DNA from: an uncultured Flavobacteriales bacterium | GTDB taxonomy: Bacteria > Bacteroidota > Bacteroidia > Flavobacteriales > BACL11 | Length of the DNA: 64,000 bases | Direction of reading: 5' to 3' | Assembly: GCA_905478555.1 (NCBI GenBank) | Contig: CAJQIZ010000024.1 | Coordinates: forward strand, 8,300-72,299 | Program-made: the position numbers and the translations under genes | The notes under the pieces: generated by a model | Seen by the model: the letters and a program-made list of their open reading frames with translations, nothing else | What the model was told of the DNA's origin: nothing | Database searches by the model: none | Shown: positions 31,595-41,196 of the stretch, one piece after another | How the letters are laid out: each line of letters starts with the position of its first letter | Numbering within the stretch: position 1 is the first letter of the stretch

Positions 31595-34180
31595 TTATCC
31601 ACACTTACTGTATCCACAGTTTACACATTTCAGACAGCCTTCTTCATAAATTAGTCCTTCTGTATTGCAATCAGAACATTTATGATCATCTGCTTTTGTC
31701 CCATCAGGAATAAATGTTTTAAGAGCTCTTACAACTCCGCTTTTCCAAGTATTGATATTTTCATCATAAAGATTCATCTTACCAATTAAATCTACCACAT
31801 ATTGTATTGGCATTCCATGACGTAATACTCCAGAAATTAGTTTTGCATAGTTCCAGAATTCTTTATTGAACGAACGAGAAAGTCCACCAAAAGTAACTTT
31901 GTACCCTTCTTTATCTTCATATTGAAAATCGTACTGACTAGTTCCGTCTTCTCTTTTATTTTTCACTACCCAACCGTACTCTACCCCTTTTGGTAAAACA
32001 AAAACATCTTCAATTTTACCAGTAAAAATCTCATAAGGTCTTCCGTTTAATAAACCAACAACTGCCATCCATTTTTCTTTGTTATTTTGAAAACGGATTA
32101 CTTTTGCATCTAATCTTTTCGGACGAGATGGTGCATGATTTACTGAAAATTCTGAATTAGCTTCTTCAACTCCTCCTTTATCGTCATTAGCAACTAGTAC
32201 TCCAGATCTTGATCCATCTCTGTACACAGTAATTCCTTTTAATCCTTGTTTCCAAGATTCTAAGTAAATATTACTTACTTCTTCTTCTGATACATCATTT
32301 GGTAAATTGATAGTAGAACTAATAGAGTGCGTTACATATTTTTGAACTACAGCTTGCATCTTTACTCTTTGTTCCCAGTTTATTTCTGGAGCTGTAGATC
32401 CCGAATAAGGGCTTTTCTTAGCATCTGTTTCTCCAGTAATTTCCATCCACTTTTTCAAGTTATGGTGGTAAACAGTAAACTCTTGCCACTTGTCTCCCAT
32501 ATCATCAATAAAGTCTACTTTTTCTTCAGTATCTCTATCGTTTAATTTTCTTCTTCTTTTATAGTCCGTCATAAATACTGGCTCTATTCCTGAAGAAGTT
32601 TGAGCTAACATACTAAGTGTCCCTGTAGGCGCAACGGTACTAATAGAAATGTTTCTTCTTCCGAACTTCATCATTCTTTCGTATACTTCCGGAAGTTCTA
32701 CTTTTAACATTTGTACGAATTCTGATGTCTCTTCAATATCTTTATCAAAACCAACAAACGAACCTCTTTCTAGCGACATGTCAATAGAACAATCGAATTC
32801 TGCTCTACATTTCTCTTTCATCATTCCCTCAATAAACTTAATAGATTCATCAGAATCATATTTCATTCCTAGAGCTGCAACCATATCGGCAAGTGCAGTA
32901 AATCCAAGTCCGGTTCTTCTACCCTCTTTACCAGTTTTTAGTAATAACTCCCAAGTTTCTTTTTCTACCATCTTAATGATTTCCGGTTCTTCATCAGCAT
33001 CTACTTTTGCTAATATTCTACCAATAGCTTCTATTTCTAAATCTACTAAATCATCCATTAATCTTTGTCCTTCATAAGTTGCTTGATAGAACTTTTTCAT
33101 ATTGAACTTTGCTTGTGAAGTAAACGGTTGTTCAACAAATTTAAATAGGTTTAAAGCAATTAATCTACAACTGTCTCCACCTTGCATTGCAATTTCCGAA
33201 CAAGGGTTTGTAGATGTATTCTCATATCCTGGATAAACAGATGACGTAGAGTACCAATGTTGTCTGTCCCAGTAAATTAAACCAGGTTCAGCTGTGTTGT
33301 GCGCACATTGTATAATAGTATTCCAAAGATCTCTAGCTTGTATTGTTTTTGTAACTTTAGGTTCGTCAGAATCAATTGGCCATCTATGTGTATATTCTGT
33401 TTTATTATCTACTGCTTTCATAAATTCATCTGAAAGTCTTAGTGAGATATTAGCTCCTGTTACTTGAGATAAATCTTGTTTAATAGTTGTGAAATCTTCC
33501 ACATCTGGGTGAGCGATATCCATAGAAAGCATCAAAGCTCCTCTTCTACCATTCTGAGCTACTTCTCTTGTTGTATGGGAGAATCTTTTCATAAAAGAAA
33601 CTGCACCAGAAGTAGATCCTGCAGCATTTGAAACATGAGAACCAGAGGGTCTTAAGTTAGAGATGTCTACTCCAACACCACATCTTCTTTTAAATAATTG
33701 AGCTAATTGTTGGTCGGTATAAAATACTCCACCATAAGAATCATGCATTTCAGGAACAACAATACAGTTTGATAATGAAGCAATTTTATAAATATTTCCA
33801 AGTGAACTCATTACACTTCCTTGTGGGATGATGTGTCCAAAATTCTCGAATAAATCAAAAATTCTTCCCTCACTTAAGTGCTCTCTATTCTGTCCGTATT
33901 CCGATAAGAATTTAGCCGATCCATTCAGATTATATTTTAATTTATAATCTTCTTCAATCCTCCCGAACTCTCTAGCCATTCTTCTATGCATATCTTCTGG
34001 AGATTGTTCTACAAAGTTTTCTTCAAAATCCTTCATAGCATACTTATTCATCCATGTAGTAGCGGCTAATTCATCTCCATTAAAGTATTTAATACTTTCT
34101 GCCAATACTTCATTATAAGTATAAGTCTGAACTTTTTGGTCGTTTAGTAAGTTTGTGTTTGCTTCTTTTGTTTTTGCCAT
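31595..34180 (-). CDS. nrdJ: adenosylcobalamin-dependent (class II) ribonucleotide reductase
   Basis: SNC, TNPCSEI, APTGT, KGITVYRDGSR, C-terminal CxxC..CxxC. Confidence 0.9.
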   Translation of the reverse strand: MAKTKEANTNLLNDQKVQTYTYNEVLAESIKYFNGDELAATTWMNKYAMKDFEENFVEQSPEDMHRRMAREFGRIEEDYKLKYNLNGSAKFLSEYGQNREHLSEGRIFDLFENFGHIIPQGSVMSSLGNIYKIASLSNCIVVPEMHDSYGGVFYTDQQLAQLFKRRCGVGVDISNLRPSGSHVSNAAGSTSGAVSFMKRFSHTTREVAQNGRRGALMLSMDIAHPDVEDFTTIKQDLSQVTGANISLRLSDEFMKAVDNKTEYTHRWPIDSDEPKVTKTIQARDLWNTIIQCAHNTAEPGLIYWDRQHWYSTSSVYPGYENTSTNPCSEIAMQGGDSCRLIALNLFKFVEQPFTSQAKFNMKKFYQATYEGQRLMDDLVDLEIEAIGRILAKVDADEEPEIIKMVEKETWELLLKTGKEGRRTGLGFTALADMVAALGMKYDSDESIKFIEGMMKEKCRAEFDCSIDMSLERGSFVGFDKDIEETSEFVQMLKVELPEVYERMMKFGRRNISISTVAPTGTLSMLAQTSSGIEPVFMTDYKRRRKLNDRDTEEKVDFIDDMGDKWQEFTVYHHNLKKWMEITGETDAKKSPYSGSTAPEINWEQRVKMQAVVQKYVTHSISSTINLPNDVSEEEVSNIYLESWKQGLKGITVYRDGSRSGVLVANDDKGGVEEANSEFSVNHAPSRPKRLDAKVIRFQNNKEKWMAVVGLLNGRPYEIFTGKIEDVFVLPKGVEYGWVVKNKREDGTSQYDFQYEDKEGYKVTFGGLSRSFNKEFWNYAKLISGVLRHGMPIQYVVDLIGKMNLYDENINTWKSGVVRALKTFIPDGTKADDHKCSDCNTEGLIYEEGCLKCVNCGYSKCG

Positions 34181-34447
34181 ATTTATTGTTCTCGATTAAG
34201 CGTTATATATTTATTGTCTTATTTTTCTGTTTACAATTTTAAAAATATAATCTCTCATATTACACGTTTATTATTTGTTTACTAACATATTTTTTAACAA
34301 AATCTAAAAATATTTTGTGCTAGATAAATATAATATAGTGTAAAAAACACACTATCTTTTCATGAAAATTCTAAGTTGTTGAAATTCAGTAAAATGAATT
34401 TAAAAAATAAAGTGTAGAAAATATTTTCATAATAAAGTTTTTAACAA

Positions 34448-35137
34448 CTATGATAAAACGATATTTAAAATACTGTCGAATAATATTTTCCCATCGGCAT
34501 TATTTAATTCCGCATCTGCAGCTCGTTCAGGGTGCGGCATCATTCCAAATACATTTCTGTTTTTATTACAAACTCCAGCAATATTTAATAAAGATCCATT
34601 TGGATTAGCCTCTTCTGTAATATTTCCATTTTCATCAGAATACTTAAATAAAATCTGCTCATTAGTAATTAACTCTTGTAAAGTCTCTTCATCAGCATGG
34701 TACCTACCTTCTCCGTGTGCAATTGGTATTTTTACTGCATTATCAGAATATTGATTAGTAACTAATGTATTTTTTGTAATAGCTGTTAAATGTATATTTT
34801 TACAAATAAATTTATGATTAGTATTATGTAGAAGTGCTCCTGGTAAAAGTCCTGACTCACATAAAATCTGGAATCCGTTACAGATACCCATAACATATCC
34901 ACCATTATTAGCATGTTCTACTAATTTTTCCATAATTGGAGAGTAGTTAGCAATTGCTCCCGATCTTAAGTAATCTCCAAAAGAAAATCCTCCAGGAAGA
35001 ATAATGAAATCACAATTTTGTAAGTTAGTATCTTTATGCCATAACTTTACTACCTCTTGTTTCATTATGCTTTCTAAAACATAAACCATATCCATATCAC
35101 AATTCGATCCCGGGAAAACGACTACTCCAAATTTCAT
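34448..35137 (-). CDS. purQ: phosphoribosylformylglycinamidine synthase I
   Basis: FPGSNCD, GICNGFQ, MMPHPER. Confidence 0.97.
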   Translation of the reverse strand: MKFGVVVFPGSNCDMDMVYVLESIMKQEVVKLWHKDTNLQNCDFIILPGGFSFGDYLRSGAIANYSPIMEKLVEHANNGGYVMGICNGFQILCESGLLPGALLHNTNHKFICKNIHLTAITKNTLVTNQYSDNAVKIPIAHGEGRYHADEETLQELITNEQILFKYSDENGNITEEANPNGSLLNIAGVCNKNRNVFGMMPHPERAADAELNNADGKILFDSILNIVLS

Positions 35138-35164
35138 ATAATTTGTTTTAATTGAATTGCAAAA

Positions 35165-36103
35165 TTACATATTAATCATTGTAATTCTATAAAAAATAGA
35201 ACTAAATAGAAAAAGGAAAAATATAAATTCGGACCACCTTATTTTTATATGATACACAAAATAATTACCTATAATCACACTAAGTGGCGTTACTATTAAT
35301 ATTACTGTTTCTTCCTTGCCTGAAGATAGAAATATAAACACAGAAAAAAAGAAATATAAAATTATAATTGTAAAGGATTCTCTGCTTCTGATACTCTTTT
35401 TATACATCCACCTAAAAATTTCAAAGAATGACAACAAACTCACTAATGATAAAACATAAAACCATATTTTCTGATTTAATGCTATTTCCACTATACTAAA
35501 ATTAAATAGTTTAAAATTAAATTCAAATACAGGAAAATATAGTTCAGTTTTAGTAAATATTTGATAACTCCACAAGAAGAAATAAGGAACAAACAAAGAG
35601 AGTATACTGATAGTATTGATTCTCCAATTAATGTTTCTGAAAATTAAAGTAGATATTAATATTATTGGAAATAAAAGTAAAATATTAGGTAGATAAAACG
35701 ATAAAATAGAAAGTAAAATACCCGCATTAAACACTATAGAAAATGGTTGTTTCTGCTTATAAAGTTGTAGTAAAAAGTTTAAGAAAAACAATAGAACAAA
35801 TGAAATCAACATCATTTTATGATTCGTTACAAATGTTGTGTTTAGAAGTAAGAAGACAAATGCTAATACAAAATTTGGTCTTTTAATGATGTCTTTATCA
35901 TAGATTAAGTTATTTAACCCAATAGAGTGGAAAAACGTAAGTATTGCACTAATTACTACTAGTAAAACAGAATAAAATGGAAATTTGTTTTCAATATTTT
36001 GAAACTGAGAAGTGAAAAATGAGGGTATAAAAAACAATATGGAAAACAGTAGAAATAGTATAATTAAATACGAATGACTATTTTTTAAGGATTTTAGAAT
36101 CAT
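35165..36103 (-). CDS. multi-pass membrane protein (DUF6427-like)
   Basis: Highly hydrophobic; typical Bacteroidota position near purD. Confidence 0.55.
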   Translation of the reverse strand: MILKSLKNSHSYLIILFLLFSILFFIPSFFTSQFQNIENKFPFYSVLLVVISAILTFFHSIGLNNLIYDKDIIKRPNFVLAFVFLLLNTTFVTNHKMMLISFVLLFFLNFLLQLYKQKQPFSIVFNAGILLSILSFYLPNILLLFPIILISTLIFRNINWRINTISILSLFVPYFFLWSYQIFTKTELYFPVFEFNFKLFNFSIVEIALNQKIWFYVLSLVSLLSFFEIFRWMYKKSIRSRESFTIIILYFFFSVFIFLSSGKEETVILIVTPLSVIIGNYFVYHIKIRWSEFIFFLFLFSSIFYRITMINM

Positions 36104-36153
36104 TTATTGTTAAAATATTTTAGTTTTGCATTCAAATTAATACAGTTTTACAG

Positions 36154-36330
36154 ATGAACGACTTTTTATACGCTACTGGAGATTTATTCGAATCAATTTT
36201 TGATGTAATGCCGCTTTTTGGAGACTACATCAACTACTTTTTTATGGTTGTTATTTTCACTTTTCTTGTTGTATGGACGACTAAGATGTTTGGCCATAAA
36301 AAGAGAGGAGAAGAACACGCTTCATCATAA
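36154..36330 (+). CDS. 58-aa small membrane protein (DUF6341-like), not in the ORF track
   Basis: MNDFLYATGDLFESIFDVMPLFGDYINYFFMVVIFTFLVVWTTKMFGHKKRGEEHASS; TAGTTTTG promoter-like box at 36121. Confidence 0.7.
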   Translation: MNDFLYATGDLFESIFDVMPLFGDYINYFFMVVIFTFLVVWTTKMFGHKKRGEEHASS

Positions 36331-37596
36331 ATCAAATCCGATATCTTTTCGGTAGTACTTTCCTTTAAAATCTATCTTTTCAGCATTCTGTAAAGATTTA
36401 TTTACCGCTTTATTTATATCTTGCCCAAAAGAGGTTATCGCCATAACCCTACCTCCATTTGTAACTATTTTATCATCTTTAGTTATTGTACCTGAATGGA
36501 ATAAGATACTACCTTCTAACTCATCAAAACCATTTATTTCCATTCCTTTTTCATAGCTTTCAGGATAACCTCCTGAAACTAACATTATAGTTGCTGCTAC
36601 CTCTTCTGAAATATCAAAATCTACTTCTGAAAAAGAACCGTTTCCGATTCCCTTAAAAAGATTTAGTAAATCTGATTTTATTCTAGGTATAACCACTTCC
36701 GTTTCAGGGTCTCCCATTCTTACATTGTACTCTATTACCTTTGGGTTTCCATTTTCAACCATTAATCCGATAAAGATAAATCCTTTATAATCAATATTTT
36801 CTTCTACTAATCCTTTTATAGTTGGTTTTATAATTTCTCTTTCTACTTTCTCAATAAAAAATCTATCTACAAAAGGTACTGGTGAAATAGCTCCCATTCC
36901 TCCAGTGTTTAGTCCTTTATCTCCTTCTCCAATTCTTTTATAATCTTTTGCTGAAGGTAAAATTTTATAGGAAACTCCATCCGTTAAAACAAATACCGAA
37001 AGTTCTATTCCTTTTAGATGTTCTTCAATTACAACCTTACTACTTGCATCACCAAATTTTGCATCTGCAAGCATCTCTTTTAATGATTCTTTAGCTTCTT
37101 CAAGGGTTTCAGGAATTAAAACCCCCTTACCAGCAGCTAATCCATCTGCTTTTAAAACATACGGAGCACTAAGTGTTTCTAAAAACTGATATCCCTCCTC
37201 TAAAGTATCTTTAGTAAAACTTTGATAAGCGGCTGTTGGAATATTATGTTTTATCATAAATTTCTTAGAAAACTCTTTACTTCCTTCTAATCGAGCTCCT
37301 TTTTTTGAAGGTCCGATTACTGTAATATGTTGAAGAGATGCGTCTTCATTAAAAAAATCGTAGATACCATTTACTAGTGGATCTTCTGGACCCACCACTA
37401 TCATGCTTACTTGTTCTGAAATACAGAGTTCTTTTATCTTTTCAAAATCATTTACTCCGATATTAACATTGTTACCCACCTGATTTGTACCTGCATTTCC
37501 AGGTGCTATAAATAGTTTTTTACACAAACTTGATTGAGATATTTTCCATGCAAACGCATGTTCTCTTCCCCCGCTTCCTAATATTAATACATTCAT
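36325..37596 (-). CDS. purD: phosphoribosylamine--glycine ligase
   Basis: GSGGREHA, KADGLAAGKGV, NTGGMG. Confidence 0.97.
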   Translation of the reverse strand: MNVLILGSGGREHAFAWKISQSSLCKKLFIAPGNAGTNQVGNNVNIGVNDFEKIKELCISEQVSMIVVGPEDPLVNGIYDFFNEDASLQHITVIGPSKKGARLEGSKEFSKKFMIKHNIPTAAYQSFTKDTLEEGYQFLETLSAPYVLKADGLAAGKGVLIPETLEEAKESLKEMLADAKFGDASSKVVIEEHLKGIELSVFVLTDGVSYKILPSAKDYKRIGEGDKGLNTGGMGAISPVPFVDRFFIEKVEREIIKPTIKGLVEENIDYKGFIFIGLMVENGNPKVIEYNVRMGDPETEVVIPRIKSDLLNLFKGIGNGSFSEVDFDISEEVAATIMLVSGGYPESYEKGMEINGFDELEGSILFHSGTITKDDKIVTNGGRVMAITSFGQDINKAVNKSLQNAEKIDFKGKYYRKDIGFDL

Positions 37597-38342
37597 TATT
37601 CTTCCATAGCTTTTAATATTTCTTCTGTTAGTTCCATATTATGAAATACCTGTTGTACATCATCATCTTCCTCTAACTTGTCTAATAGTTTTAGAACTAA
37701 TTTCGCATCTTCTGCAGAGATAGTCTTAGTGTTATTTGGTATTCTTTGTAATTCTGAATTTTGAATTTCAATCTCTAAATTTTCTAAGCAATTCTGCATA
37801 TTACTAAAATCAGGGAAATTGCAATATGCTGTAATTGCTTCCTCATCCACTTCTAACTCCTCTAGTCCTCCATCAATTAATTCCATCTCTAACTCTTCTG
37901 TATCTATAGATATTTGATTAGGCTCAATAGTAAAAACTCCCTTCCTGTCAAATATAAACTCCAAAGAACCATTAGTACCTAAATTTCCTTCACATTTACT
38001 AAAATGTGACCTTACATTAGCAACTGTTCTGTTGTTATTATCAGAAGTACAGTCTACAAAAACTGCAATTCCATGTGGAGCATATCCCTCCAAAGTAATC
38101 TCTACATAGTTAGCCGCATCTGCACCACTTGCTTTTTTAATAGCTCTTTCTACATTATCTTTTGGCATGTTGGCAGCTTTTGCATTTTGCATAACTTGCC
38201 TCAATCTGGAATTAGAATCTGGATCTGGACCACCTTCTTTTACAGCCATTACAATTTCTCTTCCTATTCTAGAAAACGCTTTGGACATTGCAGACCAACG
38301 CTTCATCTTTCTTGCTTTTCTGAATTCGAACGCTCTTCCCAT
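37596..38342 (-). CDS. yebC: YebC/PmpR family protein
   Basis: MGRAFEFRK, NMPKDNVERAIKK, DDVQQVFHN. Confidence 0.93.
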   Translation of the reverse strand: MGRAFEFRKARKMKRWSAMSKAFSRIGREIVMAVKEGGPDPDSNSRLRQVMQNAKAANMPKDNVERAIKKASGADAANYVEITLEGYAPHGIAVFVDCTSDNNNRTVANVRSHFSKCEGNLGTNGSLEFIFDRKGVFTIEPNQISIDTEELEMELIDGGLEELEVDEEAITAYCNFPDFSNMQNCLENLEIEIQNSELQRIPNNTKTISAEDAKLVLKLLDKLEEDDDVQQVFHNMELTEEILKAMEE

Positions 38343-38351
38343 ATTTATTTT

Positions 38352-40142
38352 TTAATCATCAAGTTTTAATACTGCCATAAATGCTTTCTGTGGAATTTCT
38401 ACATTCCCAACTTGTTTCATTCTCTTTTTACCTTTTTTCTGCTTCTCTAATAATTTTCTCTTTCTAGAAATATCCCCTCCATAACATTTTGCTGTTACAT
38501 CTTTTCGGAGAGCTTTTATTGTTTCTCTACTTATAATTTTAGCTCCAATTGCAGATTGTATCGCAATATCAAATTGTTGTCTTGGTATTAATTCTTTTAG
38601 TTTTACGCATATTTTCCTTCCTAAATTCTGGGCATTATTTCTATGGATAAGTGCAGAAAGAGCATCTACTCCATCTCCATTTAAAAGTATGTCTAATTTT
38701 ATTAAGTCAGATTGTCGGTATTCTGAAGGTTGGTAATCGAAAGAAGCATACCCCTTAGAAACAGATTTTAATTTATCGTAAAAATCAAATACTATTTCTC
38801 CTAATGGCATATTAAAAGATAATTCAACTCTATCAGTAGTTAAATAAACCTGATTAGTAAGTTCTCCTCTTTTATCAATACATAAACTCATAATAGTCCC
38901 AACATACTCAGCTTTTGTAATGATTTGTGCTTTTATATAAGGTTCTTCTACATAATCTAATGTACTTGGATCTGGGAAATCAGTCGGATTGTGAACCTCA
39001 ATTTTTGCTCCGGCAGTTGTGTAAGCTTTATATGATACATTAGGGACAGTGGTAATAACAATCATATCAAATTCCCTTTCCAATCTCTCTTGTATTATTT
39101 CCATGTGCAGCATTCCTAAGAATCCACATCTAAAGCCAAAACCAAGTGCTACAGAAGATTCTGGTTCGAAAGTTAAAGAGGCATCATTTAATTGCAGTTT
39201 CTCCATTGATTTTCGGAGTTCTTCATAATCTTCTGTTTCTACAGGGTATATACCCGCAAAAACCATTGGTTTTACATCTTCAAATCCTTTAATTGCTTCT
39301 AAAGATGGATTGTGTTTTGTGGTAATAGTATCTCCCACTTTTACATCTCTAGCTTCTTTTATCCCAGAGATAATATAACCTACCTCTCCTGTGCTTAATT
39401 TCTTTTTTGGTTCTTGTTTAAATTTTAAAACTCCAATCTCATCTGCAAAATATTCCTTTCCAGTTGCTAGGAATTTCACTTTCTCTCCTTTTTTCAGCTC
39501 CCCATTTATAATTTTAAAATAAGCTTCAATACCCCTAAAAGAATTGTAAACCGAATCAAAAATCATAGCTTGAAGTGGAGCGTTTGGATTTCCTTCGGGA
39601 GACGGAACTCTGTTTACAATTGCTTCTAAAATAGCGTCAATACCTATTCCAGTTTTTGCAGAAGCGGGGATAATATCCTCATCATTACAACCAATCAAAT
39701 CAATAATATGATCTTTTACTACTTCAGGGTCAGCTGATGGTAAGTCAATTTTATTTAAAACAGGAATAATTTCTAAGTCGTTTTCTAAAGCTAAATACAG
39801 ATTAGAAATAGTTTGCGCCTGAATTCCTTGTGCCGCATCAACAATTAAAAGAGCTCCTTCACAAGCAGCAATAGAACGAGACACTTCATAAGAAAAATCT
39901 ACATGTCCTGGGGTGTCAATTAGGTTTAGGGTATAGTCTTCTCCATTAAGAGAGTACTCCATTTGTATGGCATGACTCTTTATAGTAATCCCTCTTTCTT
40001 TCTCCAAATCCATACTATCTAACAGCTGATCTTGAGACTCTCTATCGGTAACTGCACCAGTAAATTCCAGTAACCTGTCAGCTAGAGTACTTTTCCCATG
40101 GTCAATATGAGCAATAATGCAAAAATTTCTAATGTTCTTCAT
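38352..40142 (-). CDS. lepA: elongation factor 4
   Basis: [29 protein letters not shown]; start at 40142. Confidence 0.98.
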   Translation of the reverse strand: MKNIRNFCIIAHIDHGKSTLADRLLEFTGAVTDRESQDQLLDSMDLEKERGITIKSHAIQMEYSLNGEDYTLNLIDTPGHVDFSYEVSRSIAACEGALLIVDAAQGIQAQTISNLYLALENDLEIIPVLNKIDLPSADPEVVKDHIIDLIGCNDEDIIPASAKTGIGIDAILEAIVNRVPSPEGNPNAPLQAMIFDSVYNSFRGIEAYFKIINGELKKGEKVKFLATGKEYFADEIGVLKFKQEPKKKLSTGEVGYIISGIKEARDVKVGDTITTKHNPSLEAIKGFEDVKPMVFAGIYPVETEDYEELRKSMEKLQLNDASLTFEPESSVALGFGFRCGFLGMLHMEIIQERLEREFDMIVITTVPNVSYKAYTTAGAKIEVHNPTDFPDPSTLDYVEEPYIKAQIITKAEYVGTIMSLCIDKRGELTNQVYLTTDRVELSFNMPLGEIVFDFYDKLKSVSKGYASFDYQPSEYRQSDLIKLDILLNGDGVDALSALIHRNNAQNLGRKICVKLKELIPRQQFDIAIQSAIGAKIISRETIKALRKDVTAKCYGGDISRKRKLLEKQKKGKKRMKQVGNVEIPQKAFMAVLKLDD

Positions 40143-40226
40143 AAGTATGCGAAAATACATTTTTTAGTTCAATTAAATAATGTTGTAGCTGTCAAAAAAA
40201 TGATTATTATTGCTGAAACAGAAAAA

Positions 40227-40475
40227 ATGAGTAAATTGAAAATCAGTAAAAGAAGGCATCTTATAAAAGCAATAAGTTGGAGTACATTAGCTATGATTAC
40301 AACTTATATTGTTTTAACTGAACTTCCCCCCTTAATAGGTTATGAACCAATTGCTAAGGAAGGAGCGGGGTTTTTAGTCGTTTTGGATAGGTTAGTAAAA
40401 TTAGTATTTTATTACATACACGAAAGAACTTGGTTTGCTTCTAATTGGGGGGTAATAAAACCTAAAGATCAATAA
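40227..40475 (+). CDS. DUF2061-like small membrane protein
   Basis: RHLIKAISW...YYIHERTW; start moved to 40227. Confidence 0.7.
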   Translation: MSKLKISKRRHLIKAISWSTLAMITTYIVLTELPPLIGYEPIAKEGAGFLVVLDRLVKLVFYYIHERTWFASNWGVIKPKDQ

Positions 40476-40524
40476 TTTAATTCTTCTTTTTATAGTTGTA
40501 ATGAATGTTCAAATCATTTATGTC

Positions 40525-41151
40525 TTAAAGATTTTCTTTAATTAGTTCTTCTATATCTTCCTCTATTTCATAAAGGTATTTTTTAGGTTGTGGTCCTTTT
40601 TTTCTGAGAAGAAAAGCAATAATTATGCCAGCAATAAATCCAGACAAATGACCTTCCCAAGACACTTGATTAGGCATTGGTAACATTCCCCAAAAGAAAC
40701 TTCCGTACATAAAAATCACAAAAAAAGATAAGATAGAAAGTCTAGGTTGTTTTTTTATAAATCCACTTATTAATACAAATGACGCAAGAGCATAAACTAC
40801 TCCACTCGCTCCGATGACATTAGCATTAGGATTACCAATAATAAATAAAATTATACCGCTCAAAAGGTAAGAATACAAAAACACTTTATTAGAAATAGTA
40901 TTATAAACTTGAGAGATGATCCCTCCTAAAATTAAAATAGGATAACTATTATTTATTAAATGGTTTAGATCAGCATGTAGAAAAGGAAAGGTAAATATAC
41001 CAGTAATTTTATTAAAATCCCACGCTTTTATACTGAATTGTCTAAAATCAGTTTCATTAATATATTCAAATCCCTTCACAAACCATATTGCAAAAACAAA
41101 CAAAATAGGGATGAACATTATATTAATAATATGTGATAAATTCTTTTTCAT
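40525..41151 (-). CDS. rhomboid intramembrane serine protease
   Basis: HLINN, IGASG, SWEGHLSG. Confidence 0.92.
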   Translation of the reverse strand: MKKNLSHIINIMFIPILFVFAIWFVKGFEYINETDFRQFSIKAWDFNKITGIFTFPFLHADLNHLINNSYPILILGGIISQVYNTISNKVFLYSYLLSGIILFIIGNPNANVIGASGVVYALASFVLISGFIKKQPRLSILSFFVIFMYGSFFWGMLPMPNQVSWEGHLSGFIAGIIIAFLLRKKGPQPKKYLYEIEEDIEELIKENL

Positions 41152-41196
41152 TTATACTTTAAAATTGAGGATAAAATTATAGTTTTACATACAATT

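Noticed and set aside
34326-34356. NrdR box or cobalamin riboswitch upstream of nrdJ
   Set aside because: Only a half match to the NrdR palindrome in very AT-rich DNA; no riboswitch core motifs seen
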